Virus genome (UHGV): UHGV-2168191
Strand: one strand, 5' to 3'
DNA: 36,078 bases
From: a virus
The notes under the pieces were generated by a model. That model did no database searches, was not told the DNA's origin, and worked only from the letters and a program-made list of their open reading frames with translations. The translations under genes and the position numbers were made by a program. Positions within the stretch are counted from its first letter, which is position 1, and each line of letters starts with the position of its first letter. Shown here one piece after another: positions 10,145 through 19,137 of the stretch.

Positions 10145-10717
10145 TCAGGGGGATTCATTACTCTTATTTGCCGGAAATTTTCTATAAATTGTGGAAACAC
10201 CCACATCAAAAATCAGTGCAATACGCTGTCTTGATTCTCCGGCCTCGAGTAAACGCCCAATCTGTGCCCACTGTTCGGTGGTCAACTTAGGACGGCGTCC
10301 ACCTACTCTGCCTTTGGCACGAGCTGCAGCCAGCCCTGCCCTGGTACGTTCAACTATCAGTTCGCGTTCCATTTCAGCCAGGGCACCCATGACATGAAAA
10401 AAGAAACGGCCCATTGGGGTACTGGTATCAATACTGTCAGTCAGGCTTCTGAAATTCACACCACGCTGGCGCAACTCTTCTATCAGCGTAACAAGATGCC
10501 GCATACTGCGCCCCAACCTGTCCAGCTTCCAGACAACCAGCGTGTCTCCTGCCGATAGTGTCCTGAGTAGTTTTTTCAGCCCCGGTCTGTCGGACTTAGT
10601 GCCACTGATTTTGTCCTCAAAAATCCGCTCACATCCCGCGCAGTTCAGTGCATTACGTTGCAAATCGGTGTTCTGGTCATTTGTTGACACGCGTACATAG
10701 CCAATAAGCATGATCAT
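10145..10717 (-). CDS. DNA invertase, Gin/Pin/Cin/Hin-family serine recombinase
   Basis: 190-aa ORF: resolvase catalytic domain with YVRVSTNDQ (Ser nucleophile), C-terminal helix-turn-helix; very close to my memory of E. coli PinE; lies beside an inverted-repeat-bounded tail-fibre segment. Confidence 0.93.
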   Translation of the reverse strand: MIMLIGYVRVSTNDQNTDLQRNALNCAGCERIFEDKISGTKSDRPGLKKLLRTLSAGDTLVVWKLDRLGRSMRHLVTLIEELRQRGVNFRSLTDSIDTSTPMGRFFFHVMGALAEMERELIVERTRAGLAAARAKGRVGGRRPKLTTEQWAQIGRLLEAGESRQRIALIFDVGVSTIYRKFPANKSNESP

Positions 10718-10738
10718 CCCCCTGAATAAAAACCGGAG

Positions 10739-11233
10739 ATGATGCCAGTTAGCTGTTACCTCTGCATTTTCTTAAACGTTGGTTTGGGAGAAGCGGCAAA
10801 ACGAAATGTGGGCAACGGGGAAAACCAAATCCCTGATATGTCTTTCTGGACGGTTACTGGTGGCAATGGAAATTTTGTGATTCGTCAACCTGACGGGCTA
10901 ATCATTCAGATGGTTACTGTAAGTATAAGCGGTCCAGTGGCGATGAATGGAATGACTGATAATGCTTATGCCATTACAGGTTCTAATAAGTCTTATATTG
11001 CCACAGCCACATTGCCCTTTGTATTTCCTAATAAGGTACTGGGCGTTATCCCTCTGGTATCAACAACAGCTTATGGTGGTGTATCCAGTAATATTACAGG
11101 TTCATACGCGACTGCGGTTTGTTCTTTTGCCGCTGTCAGGGGGAATAATACGATTGTGTTCAAAGTCGACAAACCACTGAATGCAGCCTTTCCTTCAGAT
11201 ACCAGCGTCTCAGCGTTAATCATTGGACGGTAA
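10739..11233 (+). CDS. alternative tail-fibre C-terminal domain (Sv'-like), silent in this orientation
   Basis: Frame crosses the left gix site and encodes ...NVGLGEAAKRN..., sharing the GLGE junction with the active fibre (...SYLGLGEGSALP...); no promoter or constant region of its own. Confidence 0.55.
   Translation: MMPVSCYLCIFLNVGLGEAAKRNVGNGENQIPDMSFWTVTGGNGNFVIRQPDGLIIQMVTVSISGPVAMNGMTDNAYAITGSNKSYIATATLPFVFPNKVLGVIPLVSTTAYGGVSSNITGSYATAVCSFAAVRGNNTIVFKVDKPLNAAFPSDTSVSALIIGR
10767..10792. repeat. gix/hix-like 26-bp recombination site (invertase-proximal)
   Basis: ttttcttaaacg-tt-ggtttgggagaa; its reverse complement TTCTCCCAAACC AA CGTTTAAGAAAA matches site 12736-12761 (TTCCCCCAAACC AA GGTATGAAAGAA) and the hix/gix pattern TTCT..AAACC-NN-GGTTT..A.AA. 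Confidence 0.6.
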
Positions 11234-11235
11234 TA

Positions 11236-11679
11236 ATGAACTCAGTATTCTTTTCACCCGGAAGTAAAAGTTTTTATCTGCAAGAATTGTTTCCAGAATA
11301 TGAGGATGCGGGAACGCTTCCTGATGATGTTATTGAAATTACCAGAGAAACATATGAGCAATTTCTTGGGCTGCATCCAGAAGGGAAAGAAATTGGCGCT
11401 GATAGTTCAGGACGGCCAGTATGGATTAATTCCCCACCCCCTTCAAAAGAGGATGAGGTGCTGGCGGCTGAAATGAAAAAAATATCTTTGGTTTCAGAAG
11501 CCAATACCTACATCAATACCCATCAGTGGCCTGGCAAAGCTGCTATTGGTCGTCTGAAAGGTGACGAGCTGGAACAATATAATTTATGGCTGGATTATCT
11601 GGACGCACTGGAACTGGTTGATATCTCCAGTGCTCCAGATATTGAATGGCCTACGCCTCCGGCAGTTCAGGCCAGATGA
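11236..11679 (+). CDS. tail fibre assembly protein (Tfa/U'-like), alternative copy
   Basis: 147 aa with Tfa-family features (C-terminal ...DIEWPTPPA); follows the Sv'-like ORF; 3' end overlaps the convergent Tfa gene by 29 bp. Confidence 0.7.
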   Translation: MNSVFFSPGSKSFYLQELFPEYEDAGTLPDDVIEITRETYEQFLGLHPEGKEIGADSSGRPVWINSPPPSKEDEVLAAEMKKISLVSEANTYINTHQWPGKAAIGRLKGDELEQYNLWLDYLDALELVDISSAPDIEWPTPPAVQAR

Positions 11680-12256
11680 CATCCGGCGCGGTGCTGGTAT
11701 CTGTTGCCGTCACCGCGTCAATGTAATCCAGCACAGCGTTAAGCCGGGTTGTTTCTGCCTGCGTCAGCTTCCGCCCGGCCTGTAATTTCAGTTGAATCAG
11801 ACTAATGGAAGCCATTGCAGCATCAATCAGTGACTGACGCTGTGCTTCTGCCGCTTCGACTGCTGCGCTATGCTGTGCCTCAGTATCTGTTACCCATTTC
11901 TCACCATCCCATTTATCGTATGGCGTTAACGGGGCGATAGTGGTCGTGTTTTCAGGGTAATCACCCGGAGCTGTGATTTCTTTTGATTCTCCTGTTTCGG
12001 TGCTATAGATGATTTCACCGCGATGGTCTGGCACATATCCCCATGAGTTAAAATCTGCAGAACGGCAAATTGCATAACCAGCTTTATATGAGCCAGGAGC
12101 ATCTAAACAGGAACATGCCGGGATACCGACACCCACAGCAAGATATTCAGTTGATGTGGAAATATATTCTCGTGTCTCACCATCATAATTGTAAACGGTA
12201 ATGTCTCCCGCCTTTGTGGTGATGAGTTCGCTATTTAATACAGCTTTATTCATCAT
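11651..12256 (-). CDS. tail fibre assembly protein (Tfa, P2 gpG / Mu U-like)
   Basis: 201 aa with a typical Tfa N-terminus (VYNYDGETREY) and C-terminus (DVIWPELPEA); directly downstream of the fibre gene. Confidence 0.8.
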   Translation of the reverse strand: MMNKAVLNSELITTKAGDITVYNYDGETREYISTSTEYLAVGVGIPACSCLDAPGSYKAGYAICRSADFNSWGYVPDHRGEIIYSTETGESKEITAPGDYPENTTTIAPLTPYDKWDGEKWVTDTEAQHSAAVEAAEAQRQSLIDAAMASISLIQLKLQAGRKLTQAETTRLNAVLDYIDAVTATDTSTAPDVIWPELPEA

Positions 12257-13146
12257 GCGGCCCTCACAATATAATTAAAGGCGATGTTACGTGGACGATT
12301 TTCATTTGCTGTTGGAACAACATTTGCCGCCGAGAAGTGAACATCTTGTCGGATTTTTCGGTCATTAGCGTATGTCATAGATACATTGATGTTATTCCGG
12401 ACTGAGGTACCTCCGTAAAAAGCTCCACTCACACTTTGAACATCGACAATTGCATTAATTTCGCTGTTTACGCGCAACTGACCAAAACCGCCAGTAATGT
12501 TTCGAATAGCATCTCCTTGCGCTGAAAGCAGAGTTCGCCCACTATCCACACCACGTTCATCATCCCAGCCACGAATAAACTCACCACGTAAATCAGGCAA
12601 TTTATTTGTCGGGTAAACTTTTGCCAGTTCAGGGTATTCTTCAGCAGAAAAAGCTGCACCATTGCATTTCAGCCAGCCTGTTGGAGGAGTGGCTGAAGGC
12701 CACGGAACAGGCACCCCAACCGGTAATGCAGAGCCTTCCCCCAAACCAAGGTATGAAAGAACATCTTTCCACCCGGCACCATTGCTGTTTGGATCAGATA
12801 GATTTCCTTCTGTTGTGTTAATAAATATTCTTTCCCCATCGTCCGAGATGAGCATCGCCCCTGACGGATATCCAGAAATCTCCGAAGCAAATTCAGAATC
12901 AAAAGTATTCAGCGCCCCGGTGCTCGACCATCTCCCCAGAGCAGAAAGTTCGTATAAAATTTGGTTCATATCCTGGCCTTTTGGCGGCAAACCGCCAGCA
13001 GATTTCAGGATCATTGTTATTGGAGGAAACCCCTGTTCATACGATGCTGAGTTATCACCTGCAGGGGTGGTTGGCAATATTGCCCCTCTCTGTCCATTAA
13101 CTCCAAATGGCTTAGGTTGTTTTTTAGGTGAGTCAGAACGATTCAT
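12253..13146 (-). CDS. tail fibre protein (constant N-terminal part plus variable C-terminus in the expressed orientation)
   Basis: 297 aa; N-terminal about 130 aa lie outside the invertible segment, the C-terminal part inside; Gly/Ser-rich receptor-binding-like C-terminus. Confidence 0.78.
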   Translation of the reverse strand: MNRSDSPKKQPKPFGVNGQRGAILPTTPAGDNSASYEQGFPPITMILKSAGGLPPKGQDMNQILYELSALGRWSSTGALNTFDSEFASEISGYPSGAMLISDDGERIFINTTEGNLSDPNSNGAGWKDVLSYLGLGEGSALPVGVPVPWPSATPPTGWLKCNGAAFSAEEYPELAKVYPTNKLPDLRGEFIRGWDDERGVDSGRTLLSAQGDAIRNITGGFGQLRVNSEINAIVDVQSVSGAFYGGTSVRNNINVSMTYANDRKIRQDVHFSAANVVPTANENRPRNIAFNYIVRAA

Positions 13147-13148
13147 GC

Positions 13149-13787
13149 TTAATTCCTATAAAATGTGCCGTCATTAAATGGATATGCATCTGTAGCAAAA
13201 CCAAAGTATGGGCTTACAATTTGTTTGATATTTACCTGAACTCCACTTGGTACAGGAGTCACATCGTAATTTGTTAAAATCGATTCTTCGTAGGGAGCAA
13301 GTGAGAACTCAAAATTTATACCAATGGTCATATCTCTGTAATTGACACAATATGCTCTGCCTCGTTGATAAAAAAGTATTTTAAGAAATTTATTTATATC
13401 AGGAATGGTTGCCACACTGATGTTAGCAAAAGCCTTGCAGAGTATTAATGTTCTGTAAGCGTCATCCCCGAGCCTGACATTTGTTGTTTCCTGCACGCCA
13501 CCATAAAAAGGAGAATCATTAAATGGTGAAGGATAATCAGTGCCTCCATCGTCAGCCTCACTAAACCCAAATGAGTCACTGTCAATTGAAGCGACAATGT
13601 ATCTGCTTATACCTACTATTTTCCCCCACATATCAAGGCCAAAAGATTCACACGTTGTCAAATCCCATACCTTTTTGATGAATTCATCTGTGAAGTCATC
13701 GAGGCTTACCGCCTGATTAAAAGTGTCAATGATAGATAATAATTTTTTGCTTGCCGAGTATTGGGTAAGAATTGTGTCTTCCCACAT
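13149..13787 (-). CDS. baseplate/tail protein (gpI / XkdU / YmfQ-like)
   Basis: 212 aa immediately upstream of the fibre gene, the position of P2 gpI or Mu gp48; resembles the e14 YmfQ family from memory. Confidence 0.55.
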   Translation of the reverse strand: MWEDTILTQYSASKKLLSIIDTFNQAVSLDDFTDEFIKKVWDLTTCESFGLDMWGKIVGISRYIVASIDSDSFGFSEADDGGTDYPSPFNDSPFYGGVQETTNVRLGDDAYRTLILCKAFANISVATIPDINKFLKILFYQRGRAYCVNYRDMTIGINFEFSLAPYEESILTNYDVTPVPSGVQVNIKQIVSPYFGFATDAYPFNDGTFYRN

Positions 13788-13797
13788 ACCGCTCCCC

Positions 13798-15027
13798 CTA
13801 CGATAATGTAACAGTGATATCTGATTCCTGAATGGTTGGAACCTGGTCTATGCCCATAGTCACAGCAGGTCCGTATAGTGAACCATCTATGGAAACTTCA
13901 AGAGACAAAATTCCAACTGTATCAGGAGATATTGAAATAACAGGGGCATAGTATTTACCAGCATTTATCGTCGAACCAATTCGTGACTTTCCAATACCCT
14001 CATACCCTCCATTGAACACAGTGACAATCATTTCCTTTACTTGTTTAGTAATATCACTTGGGGGATTTAGTGAAGCATCGACATTTACCTTAAAGTAAAC
14101 CCGCGTAGGTGATGCCTTTTGCCATTGCATTACATAAGATGGATATGGCGGCATGTAATTAACGTTATCGTAAACAGTGAACGTTGTATTACCATTCATA
14201 TTGGCGCCGGGGTTATAAGTATTGAATATTGACTCGGCAACATCCGTATCAGCCCCGCCATAAACACAAATATAAACAGAATGCGCAAGAATCGGGAAAT
14301 TCGTTGTTCCTTTATTTACTGTTTCTGCAGTTCTGTTTGACCATACGTAAGCATCAAGCACACCATCAGTCGCAAGTAACGCTGCTAATGTAGATGCGTC
14401 CTGATTTCGACTGTTTCTGGCAACTGATTGTCTCCGGCGAGTTTCAAAGGCGATACGTGATTCAACATCAACACCAACGACTCCAGGGCTAATATTATTT
14501 ACAGCATCCCACCCGGAAACGGCTCGATAAATCTGGTTCAGTGAACCGGCGGCACACGGAATCGGCCCGGTTGTTGTGTTGACAAACTGCACATCAACAG
14601 AGCCTGATGAGGGTATTACAGCATTATCAATTGACTGATATATATACCCGCTCGTATCCACAGCGGTACTCCCTGCTGGTATTGTTGTTCCAACCTGACC
14701 AATGCATGTTGCTGTAACAACTGTCCCCTGAGCAGCGATCCGCTCCATAAAGTAAATCCGACCAATCCCGTCCTGGAATCTGCCAGTTGAGAAGTCAGGG
14801 TTAATTTGATTAAACAAACAAAGAAGTTTGTCGTATTCCTGAGCAATAATTTCAGTGTCAGACTGTGCGATCTGCCCTTGCGGTGAACTCAGTGATTGAC
14901 TAGCACCACCGCCAAGAGCCGTTGACATGTCTGTAAGTCTTCCCGCCAGCACATCCGCTATGTCGGGAACTGAAAGACCGTTTTCAGTGATGGTTACATC
15001 AGGAACAGCCGTATTTAATATCGTCAT
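13798..15027 (-). CDS. baseplate J-like protein (gpJ / Mu gp47 / XkdT-like)
   Basis: 409 aa, baseplate-wedge size and position; start overlaps the upstream gene stop. Confidence 0.6.
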   Translation of the reverse strand: MTILNTAVPDVTITENGLSVPDIADVLAGRLTDMSTALGGGASQSLSSPQGQIAQSDTEIIAQEYDKLLCLFNQINPDFSTGRFQDGIGRIYFMERIAAQGTVVTATCIGQVGTTIPAGSTAVDTSGYIYQSIDNAVIPSSGSVDVQFVNTTTGPIPCAAGSLNQIYRAVSGWDAVNNISPGVVGVDVESRIAFETRRRQSVARNSRNQDASTLAALLATDGVLDAYVWSNRTAETVNKGTTNFPILAHSVYICVYGGADTDVAESIFNTYNPGANMNGNTTFTVYDNVNYMPPYPSYVMQWQKASPTRVYFKVNVDASLNPPSDITKQVKEMIVTVFNGGYEGIGKSRIGSTINAGKYYAPVISISPDTVGILSLEVSIDGSLYGPAVTMGIDQVPTIQESDITVTLS

Positions 15028-15383
15028 AAGGTGGCCTGTGCAATATTACCATTGATATCTGTAACGCGGATTGTGCCGCGAGTTGTGCGTGTATTCTTGT
15101 CAAAGAAAACTGATGCCAGAGCATCCTCAACGACGGGTAATTTGAGTGCTTCAGCCTGCATTTTCTGAGCAATAAAACCAGGAGATGGTCGCCTGCCAAG
15201 AACTTCTGCCTTCCATGGGATCCCAAGTGTATTGTCGTAATAACACTCTCCTGAAAACACCAGGCACGCACTGGCGACATCCTGAGCAACAGAATATGAT
15301 TCTTCTGCGATCGCCAGATTGCCATTTCCGTCAAGCGTCAAGTCCCACGTAGAAGTGTCCAGTTGCATAGTTCTGTATGTCAT
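15024..15383 (-). CDS. small baseplate protein (gpW / XkdS position)
   Basis: 119 aa, coupled between the spike-like and J-like genes. Confidence 0.5.
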   Translation of the reverse strand: MTYRTMQLDTSTWDLTLDGNGNLAIAEESYSVAQDVASACLVFSGECYYDNTLGIPWKAEVLGRRPSPGFIAQKMQAEALKLPVVEDALASVFFDKNTRTTRGTIRVTDINGNIAQATL

Positions 15384-16072
15384 GTCGGTTTATCCGTTGC
15401 ATTGGAATTTATTGTTGACCCACCACTTTGTACTCCTGAAACAGAATGTTTGTGATTGTTATAGTTGTCCCTTAAATTTTTAACAGTAGATGACTGTGAA
15501 CTTGCGTTATCCTGAATATCACCGCTAACTTTAAGTAAAGGAGTATTCATGTTGACCCCATTAGGAGCATCAATATTTAACGATGAACATTTAATATTTA
15601 GTGGGTTAGGTGTGGTTATGTTTATTGCACCATCAGCAAATTCAATGAATTGAGTAGGTGCAATATTTAATACCCCACCAAGATAAATTGCATCAGATTT
15701 ACTGTGTCGCCTTTTGCTTCCAGGTACTGATTCTTTACGATTTTTTCTTACCAGTGATGTGTCTTTGTCGCAGACAGCAATCAGACCAATATCACCTGCC
15801 ACAGGGTCCATAATTACAGCACTGTTGCCTCTCTGCAACCGCCATACAGGAATATCATATAAAACCGAGTTAGAAATCATTTTTCCTGTACGGTCTGTTC
15901 TGGTTAGTAAAGGAAGAGCGTCAACAACTAAATCCGGTGCTTCCCCCCTGACTTCATGAACTATCGCTAACTCAATGAAGAAATATCCAGACATCATCAT
16001 CTCAAAAATATATTCCTGAGATTGAGCCTCACTTACCTGAGCAGTCGTTGGAGTAAATAGTTGCTTATCCAT
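15380..16072 (-). CDS. baseplate spike/assembly protein (gpV / Mu gp45-like)
   Basis: Start taken at the internal Met MDKQLFTP (ATG 16072-16070, overlapping the upstream stop as ATGGATAA); C-terminal ...NYNNHKHSVSGVQSGGSTINS... resembles the conserved gpV/gp45 C-terminal motif. Confidence 0.55.
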   Translation of the reverse strand: MDKQLFTPTTAQVSEAQSQEYIFEMMMSGYFFIELAIVHEVRGEAPDLVVDALPLLTRTDRTGKMISNSVLYDIPVWRLQRGNSAVIMDPVAGDIGLIAVCDKDTSLVRKNRKESVPGSKRRHSKSDAIYLGGVLNIAPTQFIEFADGAINITTPNPLNIKCSSLNIDAPNGVNMNTPLLKVSGDIQDNASSQSSTVKNLRDNYNNHKHSVSGVQSGGSTINSNATDKPT

Positions 16073-17054
16073 TATTCTGTTGCGCCTCTGCTCTTTGTTC
16101 CGCTGTTCTGGCGGCAATACATATTGAGTGCCATGAACCATTTGGCATCCATGATGATAATTCATGCCGAACGGAGGTTAACTTATACCTTCCGCTTGCA
16201 TGTGGTAGTTCTGTTTTGATATCCACATATCTTCCAATGCAAAGGAGAGATGAATATTGCGACTGAAACATCAGTCCCCCATTTGAAAATACAGGATATC
16301 CAACAAGTCCGTATTCTCTGGATATAAACGGAATTACATCGTCTCTGTTTTTTTCTGAAGGCCAGAACTCTACTTTTGTCGGTGGCGTGGCTGACATCGC
16401 AAGTCCATAATCTGAACAGACCCTATAAAGTTGTTCAAAAACACTTCCTTCAAAATGCGGACTTCCTGATGTTGTCATCCCTTTTACATTATTAAACACA
16501 GCCTCATAACCTGCACTTGCACAAATGGATGAGATGACATCTTCAACACTTTGCGCACCCTGCGCTGTAAACGGACTTGCTGGCATGTTCTGTAAATCAA
16601 CATTAGAAGAGGCTGTTATCATCAAACTGCTTTCAGGAGCAGAATTCATGTTTGCTATTGATGAAAGCATCGTGCCGGAGAAAACAAGAGAATCATCAGC
16701 AAATACCTCAACATTTAACTTCTGACCTTCCCCAACAATACCATCAGCCTTCCCTGATATATCAGCAAGTCTTTCAATTCCTAAGCCGTAAAGAGATATA
16801 TCAGCCTGAGCACCTCCCCGACCGGTAACAAAGTTCAGGGATACTGTTGACTTAACATTTCTGATGGAGATTTTATTGTTTCCATTTTTATCAAATGCTG
16901 ATGATTCATTCGTGAAGTCAAACCGAAGACTGTGATTTTTATACAAGCTCGTTTTCCTCAATGTAATACAGCAAGTAACGGCCACCCAAGCCTTCCCATT
17001 GCGGGTCCGACTCCCCATCGTTATCAATGAAAATAAGGTCTCCCTTAAATCCAA
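16065..17054 (-). CDS. putative tail/baseplate protein
   Basis: 329-aa ORF in the baseplate operon; the 5' about 115 nt overlap the upstream ORF, so the true start is probably downstream or non-ATG. Confidence 0.45.
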   Translation of the reverse strand: MDLRETLFSLITMGSRTRNGKAWVAVTCCITLRKTSLYKNHSLRFDFTNESSAFDKNGNNKISIRNVKSTVSLNFVTGRGGAQADISLYGLGIERLADISGKADGIVGEGQKLNVEVFADDSLVFSGTMLSSIANMNSAPESSLMITASSNVDLQNMPASPFTAQGAQSVEDVISSICASAGYEAVFNNVKGMTTSGSPHFEGSVFEQLYRVCSDYGLAMSATPPTKVEFWPSEKNRDDVIPFISREYGLVGYPVFSNGGLMFQSQYSSLLCIGRYVDIKTELPHASGRYKLTSVRHELSSWMPNGSWHSICIAARTAEQRAEAQQNNG

Positions 17055-17241
17055 GGTAGGAATATCTTACCATCTTATTCCCATACAGGCATGGAACGCC
17101 CTGCATAATTGGGACTTCATTAACAGTTAAATCCATGTACATAAAACTCTGTCGCTGAACAAGTTTTATATTACATTGCTGACCAGCCAGACTTACCGAA
17201 ATGGACTGAGATTTGCTGGGAAGAACAGATACTGTAATCAT
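16939..17241 (-). CDS. hypothetical small tail-operon protein
   Basis: 100-aa ORF coupled to the upstream gene (start overlaps its stop at 17238-17241); no recognisable motif. Confidence 0.3.
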   Translation of the reverse strand: MITVSVLPSKSQSISVSLAGQQCNIKLVQRQSFMYMDLTVNEVPIMQGVPCLYGNKMVRYSYLGFKGDLIFIDNDGESDPQWEGLGGRYLLYYIEENELV

Positions 17242-18053
17242 GTGCTCGCCTTAACTATATTTTTTGCAATATCTGCCGCTTTTTTTGTTGCGCTGTTTGT
17301 AACTTCGAGTATTGGTTTGGACACCGTATCAAGAGCACTCTGAAATTCAGTCTTGATTGTGTCGGAGATTTTTCCAGTGATGTCGCCAACAGATGACTTC
17401 AGTGATGACCATGATTTACTTAGCTCATCGACAGTAGATTCCCTGGCTCCGCCATTGGTTATTTGCGGATCAACTCCTACATCTCCCTGTGACTTATTGT
17501 TATCCGTTGGCTTCTGTTCTGACTGAGATCCAGAGAGGATAACCTCCATTTGCTGAATGACCTCCTGAAAATCAAGATAAACCGTCAGAAGAGTCACCCC
17601 TTTTTGAGAGTTAACTTCGTAATAGTGGTCAACAAGGTCGAAACTCTCCAGAGTTTCCTTTGGCGTTTCAATATCGTATGTTTTTGCAGAGGACAGCATC
17701 GTTTTGATTGTGTTCAGCGTGCTGTTCTGGCTTGTGAATGTGAGATCGAAAATATTCGGGATATTGCCGGAAAAACCAGTAAGACCATTTACGATGATTG
17801 CGCATCTTACTCTGGCTGGTTCTTTAACTTTGTTGATGGACTGGTATTTCCCTTTCTCCACCGGAGCATTTGTTATTTGCGCCCTTCCGCTTGGCTGTAC
17901 GGATGCCATACCACTGAACTCAAGAGCAACCTCGCCAGTTTCCCTGTCACGAATCACATACTGGGGATGCAGAACGCTGTCGATGATCGAAAGCGGAGAG
18001 CCACCACCGATAGCATTGAATATGTCTGCTGTGTTTAAATCGATTATGCTCAT
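17238..18053 (-). CDS. putative tail protein, first gene of the baseplate operon
   Basis: 271-aa ORF starting just downstream of an intrinsic terminator; Ser/Thr-rich C-terminal half; no confident family assignment. Confidence 0.45.
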   Translation of the reverse strand: MSIIDLNTADIFNAIGGGSPLSIIDSVLHPQYVIRDRETGEVALEFSGMASVQPSGRAQITNAPVEKGKYQSINKVKEPARVRCAIIVNGLTGFSGNIPNIFDLTFTSQNSTLNTIKTMLSSAKTYDIETPKETLESFDLVDHYYEVNSQKGVTLLTVYLDFQEVIQQMEVILSGSQSEQKPTDNNKSQGDVGVDPQITNGGARESTVDELSKSWSSLKSSVGDITGKISDTIKTEFQSALDTVSKPILEVTNSATKKAADIAKNIVKAST

Positions 18054-18063
18054 CTACTCTCCA

Positions 18064-18094
18064 TTAAACAAAAACCCAGTCGAAGCTGGGTTTA
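18064..18094 (-). terminator. intrinsic terminator ending the ant operon
   Basis: Minus strand reads aaacccag-cttcga-ctgggttt followed by TTGTTT; lies 10 nt after the stop of the 73-aa ORF and before the baseplate operon start. Confidence 0.55.
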
Positions 18095-18103
18095 GTGAAT
18101 TGG

Positions 18104-18325
18104 CTAGTTATCAAAAAGTCCGTACGTTTCTTCTTCTTCAGGAGTAAGGGGAAGAATCTCAATTCTATCTATAGATACCTTTTCAATGTACCCATGAGGT
18201 CTGCTTAAAATTAAAGCTCTCTCATGCCACAAAACACCAAGAATGTGATATCTCCCAGCATCGCCTTTTACCCTGGCTCTTCCTTTGATTCTTGGCGGCA
18301 TAATGCCATATTTTTTCTTTGCCAT
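18104..18325 (-). CDS. hypothetical basic 73-aa protein
   Basis: Start overlaps the stop of the antirepressor-like gene; basic N-terminus (MAKKKYGIMPPRIKGRARVKGD), acidic C-terminus; no family recognised. Confidence 0.45.
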   Translation of the reverse strand: MAKKKYGIMPPRIKGRARVKGDAGRYHILGVLWHERALILSRPHGYIEKVSIDRIEILPLTPEEEETYGLFDN

Positions 18326-19053
18326 TATGCAACATTACTCCCATGAACCAGGTGTTGTAGTGCTTTAACACCTTCCGCATTGTAGCGGAATGCTTCCACC
18401 TGTTTGCTGGAATGCGCAGATTTATCCAGGAAGAACTTCCCGTACTGCTCAGTTTTGAGGTTGTTTGCGTTAGCAATGCGACCAATCTTGTTGGCCGTTA
18501 CTCCAAGCTGCTCTGCAACCTCCCCTGCTGAGTAGTAATGCTCTTCTATTGCTGGAAGAGGTATTGCATTAAAACCAACGATCGGGTTGATTATGCTTGC
18601 TGCCGCAGTCTGCTTTGCTTCCGGCGCAAGATTTGGCATCAAATCGAACAGATTGGTAACAGCTTCAACCGTCATTTTCAATGTTCGCGCCTGGCGATAC
18701 TCAACAAGTCCACTAGACGATTTACCGCTTTTAATGTGCGCTTCTTGCATACTTTCAAGTTGGTCTACAAGTGAGCGGCGAACAGCTTTAGATTCACGAG
18801 CAGCCACTCGAAGGGCTTGCTTAATTGACATAACAACTTTTTCAGAAGTTGTCTTGTTTGATTTTTGAACTACGAAAATTTCGTAGTGCTCACCTTCAAG
18901 TTCATCCTTAATGCGTGCAATAAAGTCGTTATTGCGGACTTCTTTTTCCCCGCACTGTCTACGAGCATGATTGACCATCTCTAACAGGTACTGGCTATCA
19001 ATGGTTTTATCCGTGACAACGGATCCGATGTTTGCTACATTCTTAAAAGTCAT
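18325..19053 (-). CDS. antirepressor-like regulatory protein (KilAC/ORF6C-like C-terminus)
   Basis: Start taken at MTFKNVANIG (the longer ORF-track start is upstream read-through); C-terminal YYSAGEVAEQLGV...KIGR...G resembles KilA-C/ORF6C antirepressor DNA-binding domains. Confidence 0.55.
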   Translation of the reverse strand: MTFKNVANIGSVVTDKTIDSQYLLEMVNHARRQCGEKEVRNNDFIARIKDELEGEHYEIFVVQKSNKTTSEKVVMSIKQALRVAARESKAVRRSLVDQLESMQEAHIKSGKSSSGLVEYRQARTLKMTVEAVTNLFDLMPNLAPEAKQTAAASIINPIVGFNAIPLPAIEEHYYSAGEVAEQLGVTANKIGRIANANNLKTEQYGKFFLDKSAHSSKQVEAFRYNAEGVKALQHLVHGSNVA

Positions 19054-19137
19054 TAGGCATTCCTTATGTGGTAGTAAGGGTGTGACATAGGCCGCCAGCT
19101 GCACACTGGCGGTTTTTTTTCACCACCAGATGCGTCA

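Larger units (their letters stand above)
10781..12747. other. invertible tail-fibre host-range segment (G-segment-like)
   Basis: Bounded by inverted 26-bp sites; contains convergent fibre C-terminus plus Tfa on the minus strand and an alternative promoterless pair on the plus strand; both crossover centres fall at codon positions 2-3 just before a GLGE coding block, so inversion gives an in-frame fusion. Confidence 0.65.

Noticed and set aside
12606..13177. Plus-strand ORFs of 71 and 171 aa antisense to the tail fibre gene
   Set aside because: Lie within the fibre constant region on the opposite strand and cross the right gix site; not the alternative fibre module, which is at 10739-11679.
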